DNA of 64,000 nucleotides from Felis catus (taxonomy: Eukaryota), in contig NC_058368.1 of assembly GCF_018350175.1 (NCBI RefSeq), positions 35,962,001 to 36,026,000 of the forward strand. The letters run 5' to 3'. Positions within the stretch are counted from its first letter, which is position 1, and the number at the start of each line of letters is the position of its first letter. The notes under the pieces were generated by a model. It was not told where the DNA came from, did no database searches, and was given only the letters and a program-made list of their open reading frames with translations. Below, in pieces: positions 40,240-54,700 of the stretch. A program made the position numbers and the translations under genes.

Positions 40240-40450
40240 GAGGTGTCTGGGTGGCTCAGTCAGTTAAGCCTTCAACGGCTCAGGTCATGATCTCATGGTT
40301 CACGGGTTCGAGCCCTGCATCTGGCTCTGTGCTGGCAGCTCAGAGCCTGGAGTCTGCTTCCGATTCTGTGTCTCCCTCTCTTGCTGCCTCTCCCCCGCTT
40401 GTGCTCTCTTTCTCTCAAAAATAAACATTAAAAAAATTTTGAAAAAAAAA
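40240..40450 (+). mobile_element. SINEC
   Basis: GAGGTGTCTGGGTGGCTCAGTCAGTTAAG head, CT tract, A tail. Confidence 0.93.
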
Positions 40451-42859
40451 TCAATACGACATTGGGTCCAATCACAGTTTCAGCATAAAGCCACAGACTA
40501 TGAGAACTCTTAAACATATTAAAATTTATGCTAAATCGTGACTATTTAATGTATCATTATAAGTTAATGTACTGTAAGTGCTATAGTACACACACACACA
40601 ATTAGATTTTCCTAGCAGATGGGAACTTGGACAAATAAAATATGTCAAATAACTTGGCAGTGATGAGACTGGTGGTATAAAAGTTAACATGAGCTTTTCG
40701 ATGAAGGGGGGTGGGGAATCACTTTGCTTCCTATCCTATGCCTCAGATAAGTACAATATATGGACTTGGATACAAAATTGCCATCCTTGGTAAAGAAAGA
40801 AAAATAACATTAATAATGGATAATAGCTGAGTTGCAGGACAGGAAACTTGACCCAATGTTAGAGGGAAGAAAACAAACACATTTATCCTTTTAAAAAGGC
40901 CACGTCTGGTATGGAAGATAAGGATGTTTAATGAAACGTACAATTCAATACAAAATGAAAATATAAGCAAAGAAACAAAAGGAAAAGACAAAACAAAACA
41001 AAACTCAGACAAGTCCCATAATGAACCAAAAAAATATAGGACCAAACACCATCACCTTCTGTTTCAGGAGCCATCATGCAAATTAAGTTAAATGAAACTA
41101 TACAGTGAATCTGGGTATCCCAGAAAAGTTTTCAAAGGCTCTCACCCCTAATATCACAATGCCAGCTTTCTGTCAACCAGGGTACAGGAAATGAGAGAAA
41201 AGCTTCTCAGTGAAGTCACCGGTCAGGCCAGTGACATTCCAGAAACATACACACTCATCAGGCTTTCCAAAGGAAGGACAGAGGATTTTCCTCACATTTG
41301 GCCCTAAGTTTCTGAAGATAAAAAATGCTATTTGGTTTCTACAAAGAAAAGCAGGGATAGGACTTGTCTGAAGCAAAAATGTAATGTAGGCTAAAGCCTA
41401 GCTTTAAAAACCTTTCCCTTGTTTGCCTTTCGCCCACCTGCTGTATGCATCTACTTCTTGCCTAACAGATCAAGAGCTTTATACCGAGAAATAGTACAGT
41501 ATGGTAGAAACAAAATATAATTCAGAAATCCTGAACGTGAATCCTTCTCCTCTGTTTATAAAGTAGGGGGGTTAAGTCACCTACTCTCTATGAGTTTCAG
41601 TTCTTGCAACCCCAAAAGGGCTGCCGTGAGGGATGAGGGATATTATCAGGCAAATGTATACAAACATACTTTGCAAAACGTTTATCACTATACAAAAGTC
41701 AAAGAAAGTAGTTGTCATGTAGTTACTTGGATGTTCAATGGTTGCTCATTTGCTGGAATACTTACATCATTAACCTAAAACTCCAAAATTGCTCTCCTGG
41801 CTCCTATCATCCAAACCCTCACTTTCTAGATGTAACAAGTTTCAGATATCATATTTAAAAAATAATCAAACTAAACTATCATAGAGTCAGATTCTAATCT
41901 CTAGCTACCCCATTCCATGAGATGACTTACAAGCAGAAGTCTAACTGCTGTTTTGTTATATTTCATATAGTTAAATTCAATTCTGCCATTTTTTTTTTTT
42001 TTTTTTTTGCCCTTGAGCACACTTTTTGTAATAACCATCAAGCTGTTACTATACACAACTGGACGATTTTAATTTCAGGAGATTTCTAAGGCTAAGGTCT
42101 TCAGTTGGATAGATCCAGTCAGGTCAACTTAGTTCATATTTCTGGTTCTAACATGTGCAACTAATATCAGAAGTGAAAGCTACCCTAATCAGGTTTTCAG
42201 TAACTTGAATTGTACTCCTGAAGGTTTTTCCCATAAACAGAAAATAACTACTCTGGCACCACATTTCAACACAAAATCCAGGAGTCATGATAATTGATCG
42301 TACCTAAAATGTTCATCAATCAGTACTTACTTTTCTACCACACCCCAACTCATCCCCTTTATGCTTCGTGCAACAGTGAATTGTGTATATTTAAAAAATA
42401 TACAAAGTAAAAAGCCTAGAATATCTAAAAATTGTTCAAAAGGAGTTGATAAATAATTGTAAGGTGGACAAAATCATTAACAAAGAGGAGGGTATGAAAA
42501 AAGAGCAGAGGACAGAATCTGAGTAAGACCATGATTTAAGTATCAAAAGAAATGGGAAGAGAGTCTGGGAAAGAGTCAGACAAGCAGCACATGGGAGCCG
42601 CAGGAGAATGACAAGCAAGTAGATAAAGCTAACGGGGTGAAAGGCTGACCGCATGTCAAGAGCATACAGATGAGACATGAAAGGACTTATGTTGGATCTG
42701 GAAATATGACGTTGTGCATACCCTGAGAGTAACTCACAAGACCTAATGGAAGGAAAAACATATACATAAAACATGCTAGAGGATCAAAGTAGGTCCTAAC
42801 TGGATTTCAACACAGGAGAAGAAAAACATTTAAAATACAACTATGATGAAGATAGCAGC

Positions 42860-43070
42860 TAACATAATTATTGGGTACTGATTCAGTACTGACTGCACAT
42901 GAACGTTCTCCTTTAAATTTTACCACCACCTAATGAGATAGGTTCTAAGATCACCCACATTTCCTAAAGAAACTGAAAAACTGAAATTGAGGGGTGTTAA
43001 GAGACTTATTCAAAGTTTCATAGCTAGTACATGATGAATTAAGTACTCAACCCCAGACCTAACAGGGCTA
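42860..43070 (-). mobile_element. MIR
   Basis: ACCACCTAATGAGATAGGT...GAAACTGA...GTTAAGAGACTTATTCAAAGTTTCATAGCTAGTA. Confidence 0.6.
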
Positions 43071-43244
43071 GAATGCGATAAAGGATATTTGAAGGAATTT
43101 GGAATTCCAGGACCAAGTTGTTTTTAACTGAGATTCATGTTTCAATACTAGGAACACGTTGCATAGCAAGCCTCGGTAAGCCCAGAGCTAGAGAACTTTA
43201 GCATTTCAGTATTTTCAATAAGTCATAAAGTACCTTACAGAAAA

Positions 43245-43840
43245 TGCATTCATTCTTTCATCAGATATTTGTGTGCTTATGATATGCCAAGTAGTGCATA
43301 AGGAATTCACCAAGAGATACCTGAGAGAATGATTCCTGAGATGACAGATATTCTTATAATAGGCTAATAGATAGGCTGATGGATAGATCGAATATAACGA
43401 GAAGATGATGGATACTTGGGAGAAAACTAAAACAGGGATGAGGAAAAGAAGTGCTACGGGCTAGCGGGCATGTAGTTGTCAACAGGGCGCTCAGAGAAGA
43501 CTTCCAGAAGTTGACATACGAACAAAGACCAAAAGGACGTGAAGGAGCAAGTCACCTGGAGGTCTAATGGAAGCAAGGTAAAAGGCAAGTATAAAACCCA
43601 GAAGAATGTGACTGGCATTTCAGTATAGAGGCCGTGTGGTTAAAGCAGACTCCTCCCGGGGGCACAGCAGAAGATGGGGCTAGAACACCAAGGCAATGGC
43701 AGATTCTGTAGAGAGCTCTGTCGACCACTGCAAGGATTTGGGAGTTTTCTCTGAGGTGGGAAGCCATTATAGGGTTACCGGTAGAGTGAATACTATCTGA
43801 CTTACAGCACTGGCTACTGTGTTAAAAATAGACTGGTTGA
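43245..43840 (-). mobile_element. L2 3' fragment
   Basis: CATTCATTCTTTCATCAGATATTTG start; TTTTCTCTGAGGTGGGAAGCCATT; TGGCTACTGTGTTAAAAATAGACT. Confidence 0.65.
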
Positions 43841-44769
43841 AAATAAATTAAGATAGGTATTATTTCTTAGTATCAAATCTTTCACACATTTTACATGCCT
43901 GTTATACGCAACACAAGCAAACATTGTACCTTTTGCCATCAAGCGAATAAAGGGGGAAGATGAAGACAAATCACGGTTGAAAATTCAAACTTTGTGAGAA
44001 ACTTACCAGAGGGAGCAACTCAGTGAAAGAGCTTATTATTCTGATCATGCTGTGTTTTCATTAGTTCTAATAAATTAAGGAATTGCAAAGTTATTTAATA
44101 TAGCTGACATTCTACTAATTTCAAGGGAAAAGGGTAACAAAAGCTCATAAGAGAATCCGTTTAGAGCTCAATTCCACTTACCCACCCACTCTACAGAGAA
44201 TACAATTGGTAATGTGTGAGTGATTTTTCCCCTTAATGGCAGGATTTGCTATTACTATTTTTATGTCGATTTGAACTAAATGAACTCAATCCCTTGATTA
44301 AATGAGAGAGTTATTTTATCATGGCAAATGCGTACATACTTCTGGCATTTTAACATCGTCTTAGTTTATGATATAGGCACTATATGTTTAATATTATGAT
44401 GTACTAGGGATTATTCCATTTTCCTTCATACGAGAGCAAGGTTTGGAGGCAAAGTTTTTTCTTTCTTTCCGCAGACACATATTCTCATGACCACTAGCTT
44501 CTTTCCAAAGGTCCCTGATGAATTATATTCTACAAATGCCAAATAGCCCTCTCACCCTGGCTCATGCTTAGTTTTTGAAACCAACTGCAATAGTGTCATA
44601 TTATAATATCACCTGGTACAATTCCCTAGACGGGGGATTACGATTTTCCTCAGAGAGGTGATAGCTGCAAAAACAAACAAATTTTGCTGATGGTGATCCC
44701 TCTCTAGGGACAAGATTGAGAAAACACACTACAGTTTGCATATTTTGCCTCTCCCTTTGCTGCCTCCTG

Positions 44770-45483
44770 CGCTGCATTTCTAATTCACTCCTCAGGTGAG
44801 CTCCTCCAGAGCCACAGCTTTAAATATCACGGTGCCCAAATTTATACCTCCAACCTTGAACTGCCAGCTTACATCCCAACTGCATACCTCATGTGTCCCC
44901 TCGGATGTCCACAGACACGTTAGGTGTGTCCCTACACAGTGTGCTCCTCTCGCAAGCCTTTTCCTCATCTCCGTGATTGGGCAGGGCAGGAATTTTTGAG
45001 TCAGCCGGATTTCACTCTTATCCCAAATCCAGCCCATCAGAAATCCTACTTTCCCTACTTTCCAACAGAATCTGACCTCTGACAGCACCATCAAGCCTGC
45101 AAGCCAGCACCATTTCTCACCTTAATAACTAGCTCATCAGATGCCTGAATAATAGTCTGAAAGCATCAGTCTGATCACTTCACCTACTTAAAACTCTCTG
45201 ATGGCTTTCTTATGATAAAGTCCATGGGCCTCACGCCATGGCTCCACGGCCCCAGTGGTGTAACTTCATCCCCTACCACTCCTTCATACTCGCTCTGCCA
45301 CAGCCACTCGCCTCCGCCATGCCAAAGTCACTTGTCCCTCAAAGCCTTGGAGCTTGTGGTTTCCTCTGTCTATAACATGCTTTGCCCAAGACGGCCACAC
45401 AGCTAACTTCAGTCACTTAAGCTCTGGCTAAATATTATCTCTTCAGAGAGATCTTCCCTAGCCTTGTTATCTCTCTCGCTCAC

Positions 45484-45529
<46 letters not shown>

Positions 45530-45745
45530 CCTGTGGGCCCCCACCCTAACACTTCCTGAGGAGTATTTATTATTATTTGATACTAGGCTATGTTTTTGTT
45601 TATGTGGATATTATTACTGTCCTCAGATGAAATGTAAGGCCAACAAGGAATAAGAGACACGTTCAATGCAATGAACTCGGGCCTAGAGCGATTTTCAGTG
45701 CATAATAGGTGTTCAATAAATATGTGTCAAATAAATGAACAAATG
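44770..45745 (+). mobile_element. L2 3' fragment containing a CA repeat
   Basis: Ends GGTGTTCAATAAATATGTGTCAAATAAATGAAC. Internal L2-like pyrimidine-rich motifs. Confidence 0.7.
45485..45524 (+). repeat. (CA)~20 microsatellite
   Basis: Read directly. Confidence 0.97.
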
Positions 45746-46439
45746 ATTGGATAATTTTTGAACCCCAGGAGACAAGGTCTTAAAATAAAAAGATCAGATG
45801 GTGGTGCAGTTACCAATATAATCTCAAGGTCTCAATTCTCCCAGAAAGTATCTGGCAATCTAAGCCCCCATAGCATCAAAAGGCCAAGACCTACACTAAT
45901 GAAAAAATTGCTACCCGGAGCCATTTCGTAAGAATCTAACGCGAGCTCAAATCAATATTAGAATGGTTCTTAAATATACTCAATCCATTGGCAGTGAAGC
46001 CATGTAAAGTTCAACCGTAAGAAAACCTCTAAGTTTCTGTATAGTTCAGTATATTTGGTTAAATCGATACATCTGTTACACATTATTTCGTACTACCGGT
46101 TAAACTTGTAAAGAGAAGATGTAAATGGCCTTTTAAAGGTTTTGTCAATGTCTAAGTCCACTGTGTCATGTGCAGGAAGAGCTACAAAAAAAATTCTGCG
46201 AGGAAAAAGATCTTCAGAGAAAATATTATACTAGAGTGGACAAGGTAAAACTACCTTCCAGCTGACCACTGATTGTAACTACTCAAACCAACAAAATTTA
46301 TGTCTAATTAAAACTTCAAATGGCATTGTGACTATTTTGGCTTACAGTGCTGAAGGTGATGGAAGAGAGAAACCAGAACGTGAGAAAAATGATGGAAGTA
46401 CCAAACGTCTGCAGGATTTTCGCTGCAAATCAATGAGAA

Positions 46440-47100
46440 TTGAAAGCAAGCTAAATTAATAAGCCCTGAACTAGGTGAAAGAAAAACCATCTGTGCTGGC
46501 GAGCCTATATTAAGTCCTGGATCCTGGTAAGAGCATGTCAAGAAGGTTGCAAAGCAGAGTGACAAGAATAACTGAACAGCTGAATGCTTAGGATCTTAGG
46601 AGAAGCAGACCTCTAAGATTTAAATAGCTATGAATCTGGTTATAATCATTTATTACTCTAAACAAATGTCCTCCCTGGGTAGTGAAAGATTTGCAGATGA
46701 GTTTGCCAAAGTGCTGTCTAAAGCATCATGAAATTTGAGAGGACTTGGACTCCAGGACAGGCACCAAAAGCAGACGACAAAATAGAACTCTGTCTTCCAG
46801 GAGGAGAGACTGGCAAGATTTCTCTCATTGACAGACGAGACTGAAGATGAATTATCAAAGAGAAAAGGAAGAAGTAATTACCAGAAACCAAAATGAAAAA
46901 GAAATTGTATCATACTAACTTCATGTCTTTTATTAAGTTGTAAAGTGATAAGTCTGTGAAACAGGACTGACCTTGTATCAGGACATTTGCAAAGCACTTG
47001 AAATAATCAACACCTAAAAAATGAAAGACAGCCCTGGAGATGTTTCCTCTGGAAAAGCAATAGCTCAGCAGAGGTACTTTTTCAGGTTCCTTACCTATCT
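46440..47100 (+). mobile_element. CR1/L3 RT-region fossil
   Basis: AAGTCCTGGATCCTG...GAAAGATTTGCAGATG...GTAATTACCAGAAACCA...CATACTAACTTCATGTCTTT resembles degenerate CR1 RT motifs (KSPGPD, LKELAD, TNLISF). Confidence 0.45.
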
Positions 47101-47142
47101 TGGTCACTCCTTTCCTAAAGGTGTTTCAATAAGCCGTGATTC

Positions 47143-47338
47143 TTTTGTAATCGTTTTTTTTTTTTAGAGAGAGAGAGAATGGGGGGGGGGGGGGGGGGGA
47201 GGGAGGCGACAGAGAAAGAATCCCAAGCAGGCTCCACACTGACAGGCCCATGCAAGACTCAATCTCACCAACTGTGAGATCATTACCTGAGCGGAAATCA
47301 AGTCAGGTACTTACTCGAATGAGCCATCCAGGTGCCCC
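47143..47338 (-). mobile_element. SINEC with a G19 run
   Basis: TSD TCAATAAGCC(G/A)TGATTC at 47126-47142 and 47339-47355. Confidence 0.92.
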
Positions 47339-47586
47339 TCAATAAGCCATGATTCATAACGAATCACAATTTCCTCAACACCTTTTATAAAAGAAAACCA
47401 CTAAGTACCCTAAGAAATACTGTACAGAGTACCCTGAATATTCAATGAACTTAAAAATAAAATGACCTTCTGAGTTAAAAAAGCATCAAGGAAAATATCC
47501 AGTGTGATATCAGAACAGTCATGTGTTGTGACAGGTGAACAAGTTAAGTGGCAGAATTACACAGGGTGGTTAAGTTCTACATTTTT

Positions 47587-47806
47587 TTTTTAATTTTTTT
47601 TTTCAACGTTTATTTATTTTTGGGACAGAAAGAGACAGAGCATGAACGGGGGAGGGACAGAGAGAGAGGGAGACACAGAATCAGAAACAGGCTCCAGGCT
47701 CTGAGCCATCAGCCCAGAGCCTGACGCGGGGCTCGAACTCACGGACCGCGAGATCGTGACCTGGCTGAAGTCGGACGTTTAACCGACTGCGCCACCCAGG
47801 CGCCCC
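47587..47806 (-). mobile_element. Very young SINEC_Fc-type SINE
   Basis: Perfect TSD AAGTTCTACATTTTT at 47572-47586 and 47807-47821. CpG-rich, with the same diagnostic motifs as the 3484 copy. Confidence 0.96.
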
Positions 47807-47983
47807 AAGTTCTACATTTTTAAAAAAAGAGTGAATTCAGATTTTATGCTCAAAAGTTACTTGGTTTGCTTTTAAATTAACCCATTCTCACCACAGAGAG
47901 GTCATTATCTAGAGATTCATTTTAACAAAAATTAAAATAATTATCTTAAAAATACTTCACATTTTCATTTTAAAAAGTGTTTT

Positions 47984-49095
47984 ATGTCTCCTGAGGCAAG
48001 GCAAACAAAAGCAAAGATAAACAAATGAGACTAGCTCAAACTAAAAAGCTTTTTCAAAGCAAAGGAAACCATCAAGAAAACTAAAAGGCAAACCTATGGA
48101 GAGAACAGATTTGCAAATGACAGTATCCAAAATACATAAAGAACTTATAAAACTCAACACCCAAAAATGAATAATCAAATTAAAAAAATGGGCAGAAGTC
48201 ACGAACAGACATTTTCCCAAAGAAGACATATGGATGGCCAACAGACACACGGGAAGATGCTCAACATTGCTCATCGTCAGGGAAATAAAAATCAAAACTA
48301 CAGTGAGTATCACCTCACACCTGTCAGAATGGCTAAAATCAACAACACAAGAAACAACAGGTGTTGCTGAGGATCTGGGGAAGGGGAAGCCTCTTACACT
48401 GCTGGTGGGACTGCTAACTGCTGCAGCCACTCTGGAAACCAGTATGAAGGCTCCTCAAAAAGTTAAAAATAGAACTATGATGCAGCAATTGTACTAGTAG
48501 GTATTTACACCAAAATACAAAAATACTAATTCAAAGGCATACATGGACCCTGATGTTTACAGCAACATTATCCACAATAGCCAAATTATGGAAACAGCCG
48601 AAGTATCCATCAACTGATGAATGGATAAAGAAGAGGTGGTGTGTATTCCACACAATGGAATATTACTCAGCTATAAAAAGGAATGAAATCTTGCCATTTG
48701 AAATGACCTGGATAGAACTAGAGAGCGTTTTGCTAAGCAAAAGAAGTCAGAGAAAGACAAATTCCATATGATCTCACTCATACGTGGAATTTAAGAAACA
48801 AAACAAGCAAAGGGAAAAATAAAGAGAGCGATCTCTGTTAGAGAAATAATAAATGAAAGGATGATTATTTATTAATTAAATAAAGCCAAGAAACAGACCC
48901 TTAACTATAGAGAACAAGTTGATGGTTACTAGAGGGAAGGTGGGTAGGGGGATGGGAGAAATAGGTGAAGGTGATTAAGGAGTTCATTTGTTGTGATGAG
49001 CACCAGATGTTGTATGGAAGTGTTGAATCACTGTGTTGTACACCTTAAGTTAACATTATACTACATGTTAACAGGAATTTAAATAAAAACTTTTT
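47984..49095 (+). mobile_element. 5'-truncated carnivore L1 (ORF2 C-terminus plus 3' UTR)
   Basis: ORF 48553-48771 (MFTATLSTIAKLWKQPKYPSTDEWIKK...EYYSAIKRNEILPF) is the L1 ORF2 C-terminus. AAAAAGTG on both flanks. Confidence 0.93.
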
Positions 49096-49124
49096 TAAAA
49101 AGTGATTTTAAAAGACATTTATTT

Positions 49125-49420
49125 ATTTCAGGGCAATAAAATGTTTGTATAATACCATAATGATGGACACACCCCTCCATACATTTGTCCAAACCCAGAA
49201 ACTGTGCAACACCAAGAATGCACTGTAAACTACGGAATTTGGGTGATAATGTGTCAGTGCACGTTCATTAACCTGAAATGTACCACTCAGGGGCTGGGGG
49301 AGATGTTGATAATGGGGAAGGGCATAAATGTGGTAGGGGGAATGTATATGAGTAATCTTTGTACCTCCCTCCCAATATCGCTGTGAACCTAAAACTGCTC
49401 TAAAACAATAAAATATATAG
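49125..49420 (+). mobile_element. Old L1 (L1MB/MC-like) 3' UTR fragment
   Basis: ACATTTGTCCAAACCCAGAA...GCTGTGAACCTAAAACTGCTCTAAAA. Confidence 0.75.
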
Positions 49421-50257
49421 TTTTAAATTCCTCAAACTTTGTGCATGCTTTATTGTTCTTAACCATATATTTTCCCTTCTTTCTTTTTATCTCTTCTTTA
49501 TTTCACATATTCATTTAGCCAATATCATGTGGTCACCATGTGTATCATGCATCATGTGTTGCATCATGTTGTATTACGGTAACAAAAGAGGAAGGATACT
49601 GAATTTTGTAGGGTATGTATTCCAGAGAAGTCTCTCTCAAAGTAGAAAGAAAGGGAAAAGGAAGCATTATCCACTGGCCTCAGTATGGTGCCTTCAGAGC
49701 ACAGCTGTGGAGGAAAGATGAAGCCTAGGGGAAAAGGAAGACTAGAGGAGGAGAGGGTGGCAGGTGTTGCTTCATTAAAGACCTAAGCCTGGGCACATGG
49801 GAAGGAGGGAATTATAGAAAAATCTGAGGAAACATTTGGGTGTGATGGGTACGCTCATCATCTTGATTATGGTGATGGTTTCATGAGTATATTTATATGT
49901 CAAAATGAGTCAAATTCTACAAATTTTAAATATGTACATTTTATTATATGTCAATTTTTATTTTTTTTTTTAAGGCCTAATGCTACTCTAAGAATTCTGG
50001 ACATCCATTTAAAAGCTATGGGGAACAAATGAAGGACTTTAAGGGAGGCAGTGAAGGATAGTCAGTGGCATTTCACACTCATTTTACATACTCACAAGAT
50101 GTTCTCTACAATCAAGCTAAATCTGTAGTCCTATTATAAGCAAAGAACCACACTCTTATTATATACAAAGGACCAAGCTTGTCCATATACACAGAATACA
50201 TTCCTATCCTTAAGCGAGTAACATAAGTCTTCCTTAACTCACTTTTAAAACCAAACT

Positions 50258-50480
50258 GGGGCTCCTGGGTGGCTCAGTCAATTAAGCATCTGACTTCAGC
50301 TCAGGTCATGATCTCCAGGTCTGTGAGTTCAAGCCCCACGTTGGGCTCTGTGCTGACAGCTCGGAGTCTGGAGCTTGCTTTAGGTTAGGTCTTTCCCTCT
50401 CTCTCTCTCTCTGCCTCTCCCCCACTTGCATGCTGTTTCTCTCTCTCTCTCAAAAATAAACAAACATTAAAAAAAAATTT
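50258..50480 (+). mobile_element. SINEC
   Basis: TSD AAACCAAACT at 50248-50257 and 50481-50490. Confidence 0.94.
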
Positions 50481-50575
50481 AAACCAAACTTCAAAAATGC
50501 AAAAAAAAAAATCCAGCAGATATCATAAGTAAAAGCAAAGAGATAAGTGAGAAGCATTAAGAAAAACTGCAAGTA

Positions 50576-50803
50576 GGGGCATCTGGGTGGCTTAATGGGT
50601 TAAGCCTCCCCTTCAGTTCAGTTCATGATCTAGAGGTTTGTGAGTTCAAGCCCCGCTGCAGAGCTGTGCTAACAGCTCAGAGCCTAGAGCCTGGAGCCTG
50701 CTTCGGATTCTGTGTCTCCCTCTCTCTGCCCCTCCTCTGCGTGTGCTCTCTCTCTCTCTCCCTCTCTCTGTCTCAAAAACAAACATTAAAAAAACGTTTT
50801 TAA
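50576..50803 (+). mobile_element. SINEC
   Basis: TSD AAGAAAAACTGCAA at 50559-50572 and 50804-50817. Confidence 0.94.
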
Positions 50804-51299
50804 AAGAAAAACTGCAAATATTTACAAAGGAGTATCATATAGATTACATAAGGAGCTCCTACAAACTAGAAGGGAAAAAAAAGATAAGAGGCAAACAAAG
50901 GATAGTAATAGGCAATTCGAAGAAGAAATAAAAGTAATACATAATAACTCTTTCAATTTCATCTCATAACCAAGAAATATAAAGTAAAAAATATACAAAA
51001 ACAAATGAAAAAGGATAATATTACATATTGGTGATTGTACAAGAAAAAAAACCCATACATATATTGTTCATAAAAATATACATTGACACTCCTCTTAGAA
51101 AGATAGTTTGGCAATAAATATCAAAATTAAAAATATCTTTTACCTAGCATTTGAAATTCTGGGACTCTTTTCCAAAAGTAGTATTAATAACAAAGCTCAC
51201 CTTTATATAAAGAGTTTATTATTACAAGATGATTTACACAAATTCACTATTTTTAAATACTCAGGACAACACAATGGAGGTAGGCACTATCACTGTCCC

Positions 51300-51715
51300 T
51301 CTGACTGGCAGACTAATGACCCCCCAAGTATAACCAAGTACCAATCCCCAAAGCTTTTGAATAGATTATTTTACATGGCAAAGGGATTTTGCAGACTTGA
51401 CTAAGAATCTTTAAATGAGATTATCCTGGATTATCCAAGTAGGCCCAATATAATCACAGGGCCTTTATAAACAGAGAGGAGAGGGTCAGTGAAGATGTGA
51501 TGACAAGAGCCACAATGACAATGGACCATGAGCCAAGGAATGTGAGCAGCCTCTACAAGTTTGGAGAAAGGAAACAAATCCACTGCCTTCATAAGGAATG
51601 GAGCCCTGATAACCCATTTTGGACTTCCGACTTCCAGAATTAAAACATAATCAACTTCTGTTGTTTGAAGCCACTAAGGTCATGGTAATTTATTATAGCA
51701 GCAATAGGAAAAATC
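51300..51715 (+). mobile_element. MLT1D-like solo LTR inserted in a MIR (about 51260-51830)
   Basis: TTACATGGCAAAGGGATTTTGCAGA, GAGATTATCCTGGATTATCC, AGCCAAGGAATG, TAGCAGCAATAGGAAA. MIR sequence resumes after it. Confidence 0.8.
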
Positions 51716-54700
51716 CCATTTCATAAATGAGGTCATTGAGATACAGAAAAATAAACGACTACCTAAGAACACACAGCTAATAAGGTTGACCTAGGATTTA
51801 AACCCAGAGTCCCTATTCACCATGTCTATAAAACACTGCCTTCAAATGCATAAAGATGTAAGCACAGTTACTCTTTCAAGAACCCTGGGGACATACAATT
51901 TAATGAATATTGACACAATATTTCTGAATAGTATATTCAAATATGTACACAAGGATGTATACAAAATTATTATTTTAAAACCCTCCAACCAACCATATTT
52001 TTTTAAGGAAATTGTTAAAAAGAAAAAGTCATAGTTAGAGACCATGAAATACCACATAAGAATTTAAAACCGGTACATCATGAAAATAAAGATCTCCAAA
52101 ACATATTTTTTATAATGAAAAAGTTTCAGAATAGTTTTTTTCTAAATGTTCATATGAACACGCACACATTTGTGAGTACAAAGAAACAGGATTGGAAATC
52201 CAACAAAATGTTAAAAATAATTTTGTATTCTGTGTGGAATGCAGTGAGTTAGTGAGATACAAGGAACTTCCACATTGTATTCACTATTTTTATATGTTAT
52301 TTGAATGTTTTACAACAAGAATATTAGGGTATATTTTAAAACAAGGCATTTTTAATGCAGGGAAATATGCATAAACTTCCTACAACATTTTTTTTTGATT
52401 AAAAAAAAAATGGAGGTCTCTACTGCAAAAAGTTTAAAAGCCCTGCCCTACAGTGACACCAAATGGTGGCAGTTCAAAATACAGTACACAAACACGACAT
52501 TTGTTCAATTCAACCTTCCTATGAAAGATTTGATCCCTTTGAAGAACAGGCAGCTTAACGGAATTAAATAATATGGAGACATATACTCAAAAACCTAGAA
52601 TTTTTAATCAAAGAAACTCTACTGCACTAAGTTTCAAATGCAAATTTTTAGGCATTTTTCCAAACTTCAACTAAGCCTCTGATCCCACTGAATATTCACA
52701 TATCTTATTTCTCACACAGTTAAACCATGATAATGTGAGAACAGAGATTTTACCTAATGGTTTACTGATCAAAGAAACTGCAAATATTAAAAAAAAAAAT
52801 GTCATGCAACTAAAATCAAGTTCTACTCAATGGGAATCAACTTTTGGTAAATAGGCCATATTTTGGGAGGGGGGGGTGAGGTGGCGTTAGGACTAAAGAG
52901 GGAAGGAAGGAATCCAAAAAAAGAGACAGGCAATTGGTTTAATGAGTGAGAGTTTCTAGGAGATATATTTTCACTTCTTAACTTATTGACAGACAATTAA
53001 GTTGAATAAAGCATGAGGAAAGGGCACACCAAATAAAAACCACTTTCTCAGCAACAATAAGAGTTTTATCCTGAACCGTCCAGGGAAAAGAATATTTCAA
53101 ATTAGGCACATCAGTCAGTACTCCGTGTCCTCTGCCCAGAACCTAAACCAACAAATAGAATCAGCATGCCAACTGTCTCATTCATTTCAAGTTACACAAA
53201 AAGACACAGATATAGACCACCTCCCAGAGAACTCCTTTAAAATACCATTTGACTAGAATCTTTAGTCTCTCAGCATTAAATGACAACTTTTTCAGATTTG
53301 GGGTGGGATATTACTTTTCATATGCCAAAACCTTTCAGAAAACATAGGACATGGTAGTATACTATAATCGGCTACAAAAAACAAATCAATTCTACCATTA
53401 AACTGTTAGGACCTGAATTCACAGCACCGGAGATCAATTCCAAAAGGTACCAGCTCACCAAATGCCACCACTGTTATGATCACAACTAGACTACAGTGCA
53501 CAGACAAGGCCAGCTCTTGAACACCTAAGAACTGTCCTGCTCAAACTGGCCAATGTCCAAGTCATAAGGATTGCAAAGAAAACTAGTTCGGGAAGATTCT
53601 GAATTATTAAAATAATAGATGAGTGACTAAACCCTTAGTAGCAGCATAAAAGGACCTGTATCTAGTATTCATTCATTAAAAAACTTTTTTTTTTTTTTAA
53701 GGAATCGAGATAGTGTCTGCATTAAAAATTTTTGCTTCCAATTTCAAGGGAGAAATAAAGTGCATATGAAACACTATATTATAGGAAACCTGGAGGGAAT
53801 ACAAACATGGTTTAGTGACTGAAAGAAAGCTTCAAGGGCATACAATTTCATGCATATTGACACAGTATTTCTCAATAGTCTATTTGTATACCACACACTA
53901 TATAGGACATAGAGTCCTGAAAAGTTGTATCCAAGTAATACATGACAAAAGTAAAAGATATTTCTAATTTATGTGTTATATCTTACATATTCTAATTGGT
54001 CTTTAATTGACACTGGTTACCAGGCATTTTGGATGTGTTACTTTTGTACATCCCCTTTCTACCAAAGAGAAAATAATGTAAGCAAATTCCAATGTCCTGG
54101 TGGGGCGGATTTTTGCTTATTGTTTTACCTAATTCTTGAGTGGAATTAAAGTTGATTATATAATGCAAACAAGTATGGTGATTTTATAGTGTCAAATTCC
54201 TATGTTTGTTGAAATGGAATACACCTTTCTGAGAATTCTAAGGTTCACATGAATTACATTAATAAATTTATATAATTGGATAAAAGAAAAAGTTAAACTG
54301 ACAAGTAATGTAACTGTAGAGTTTCAAGTGATTTTGTTAAATTGAAAACAATGTAGAAATCAACTGTTACAGAACCTGAAGATGATACAGAGCTGAAAGT
54401 AAGCCTATCTTTGGTGAAAACAAATGAAAAGGCAAGAATTGGCCCTATTTGGGGGTACAAAGGTTACCCTAACCTACGACTCCCCTTGTTTTTGATATGG
54501 TGATGATTTTTAGGTGGAAATGATTACTACTTTAAATCTAAGTTTAGTCAGTAAGTAAATGCTCTTTTATGAAATCAAAGTCATGTAGGAATCTGCAGTT
54601 CAGTTTACTTGGAGTTAATAGCCCATCTTCACTACAAACATGTTTATTACTTATAAAATAAAACAGTATAATGAGAATCATAGAAATAAACATAATTATA

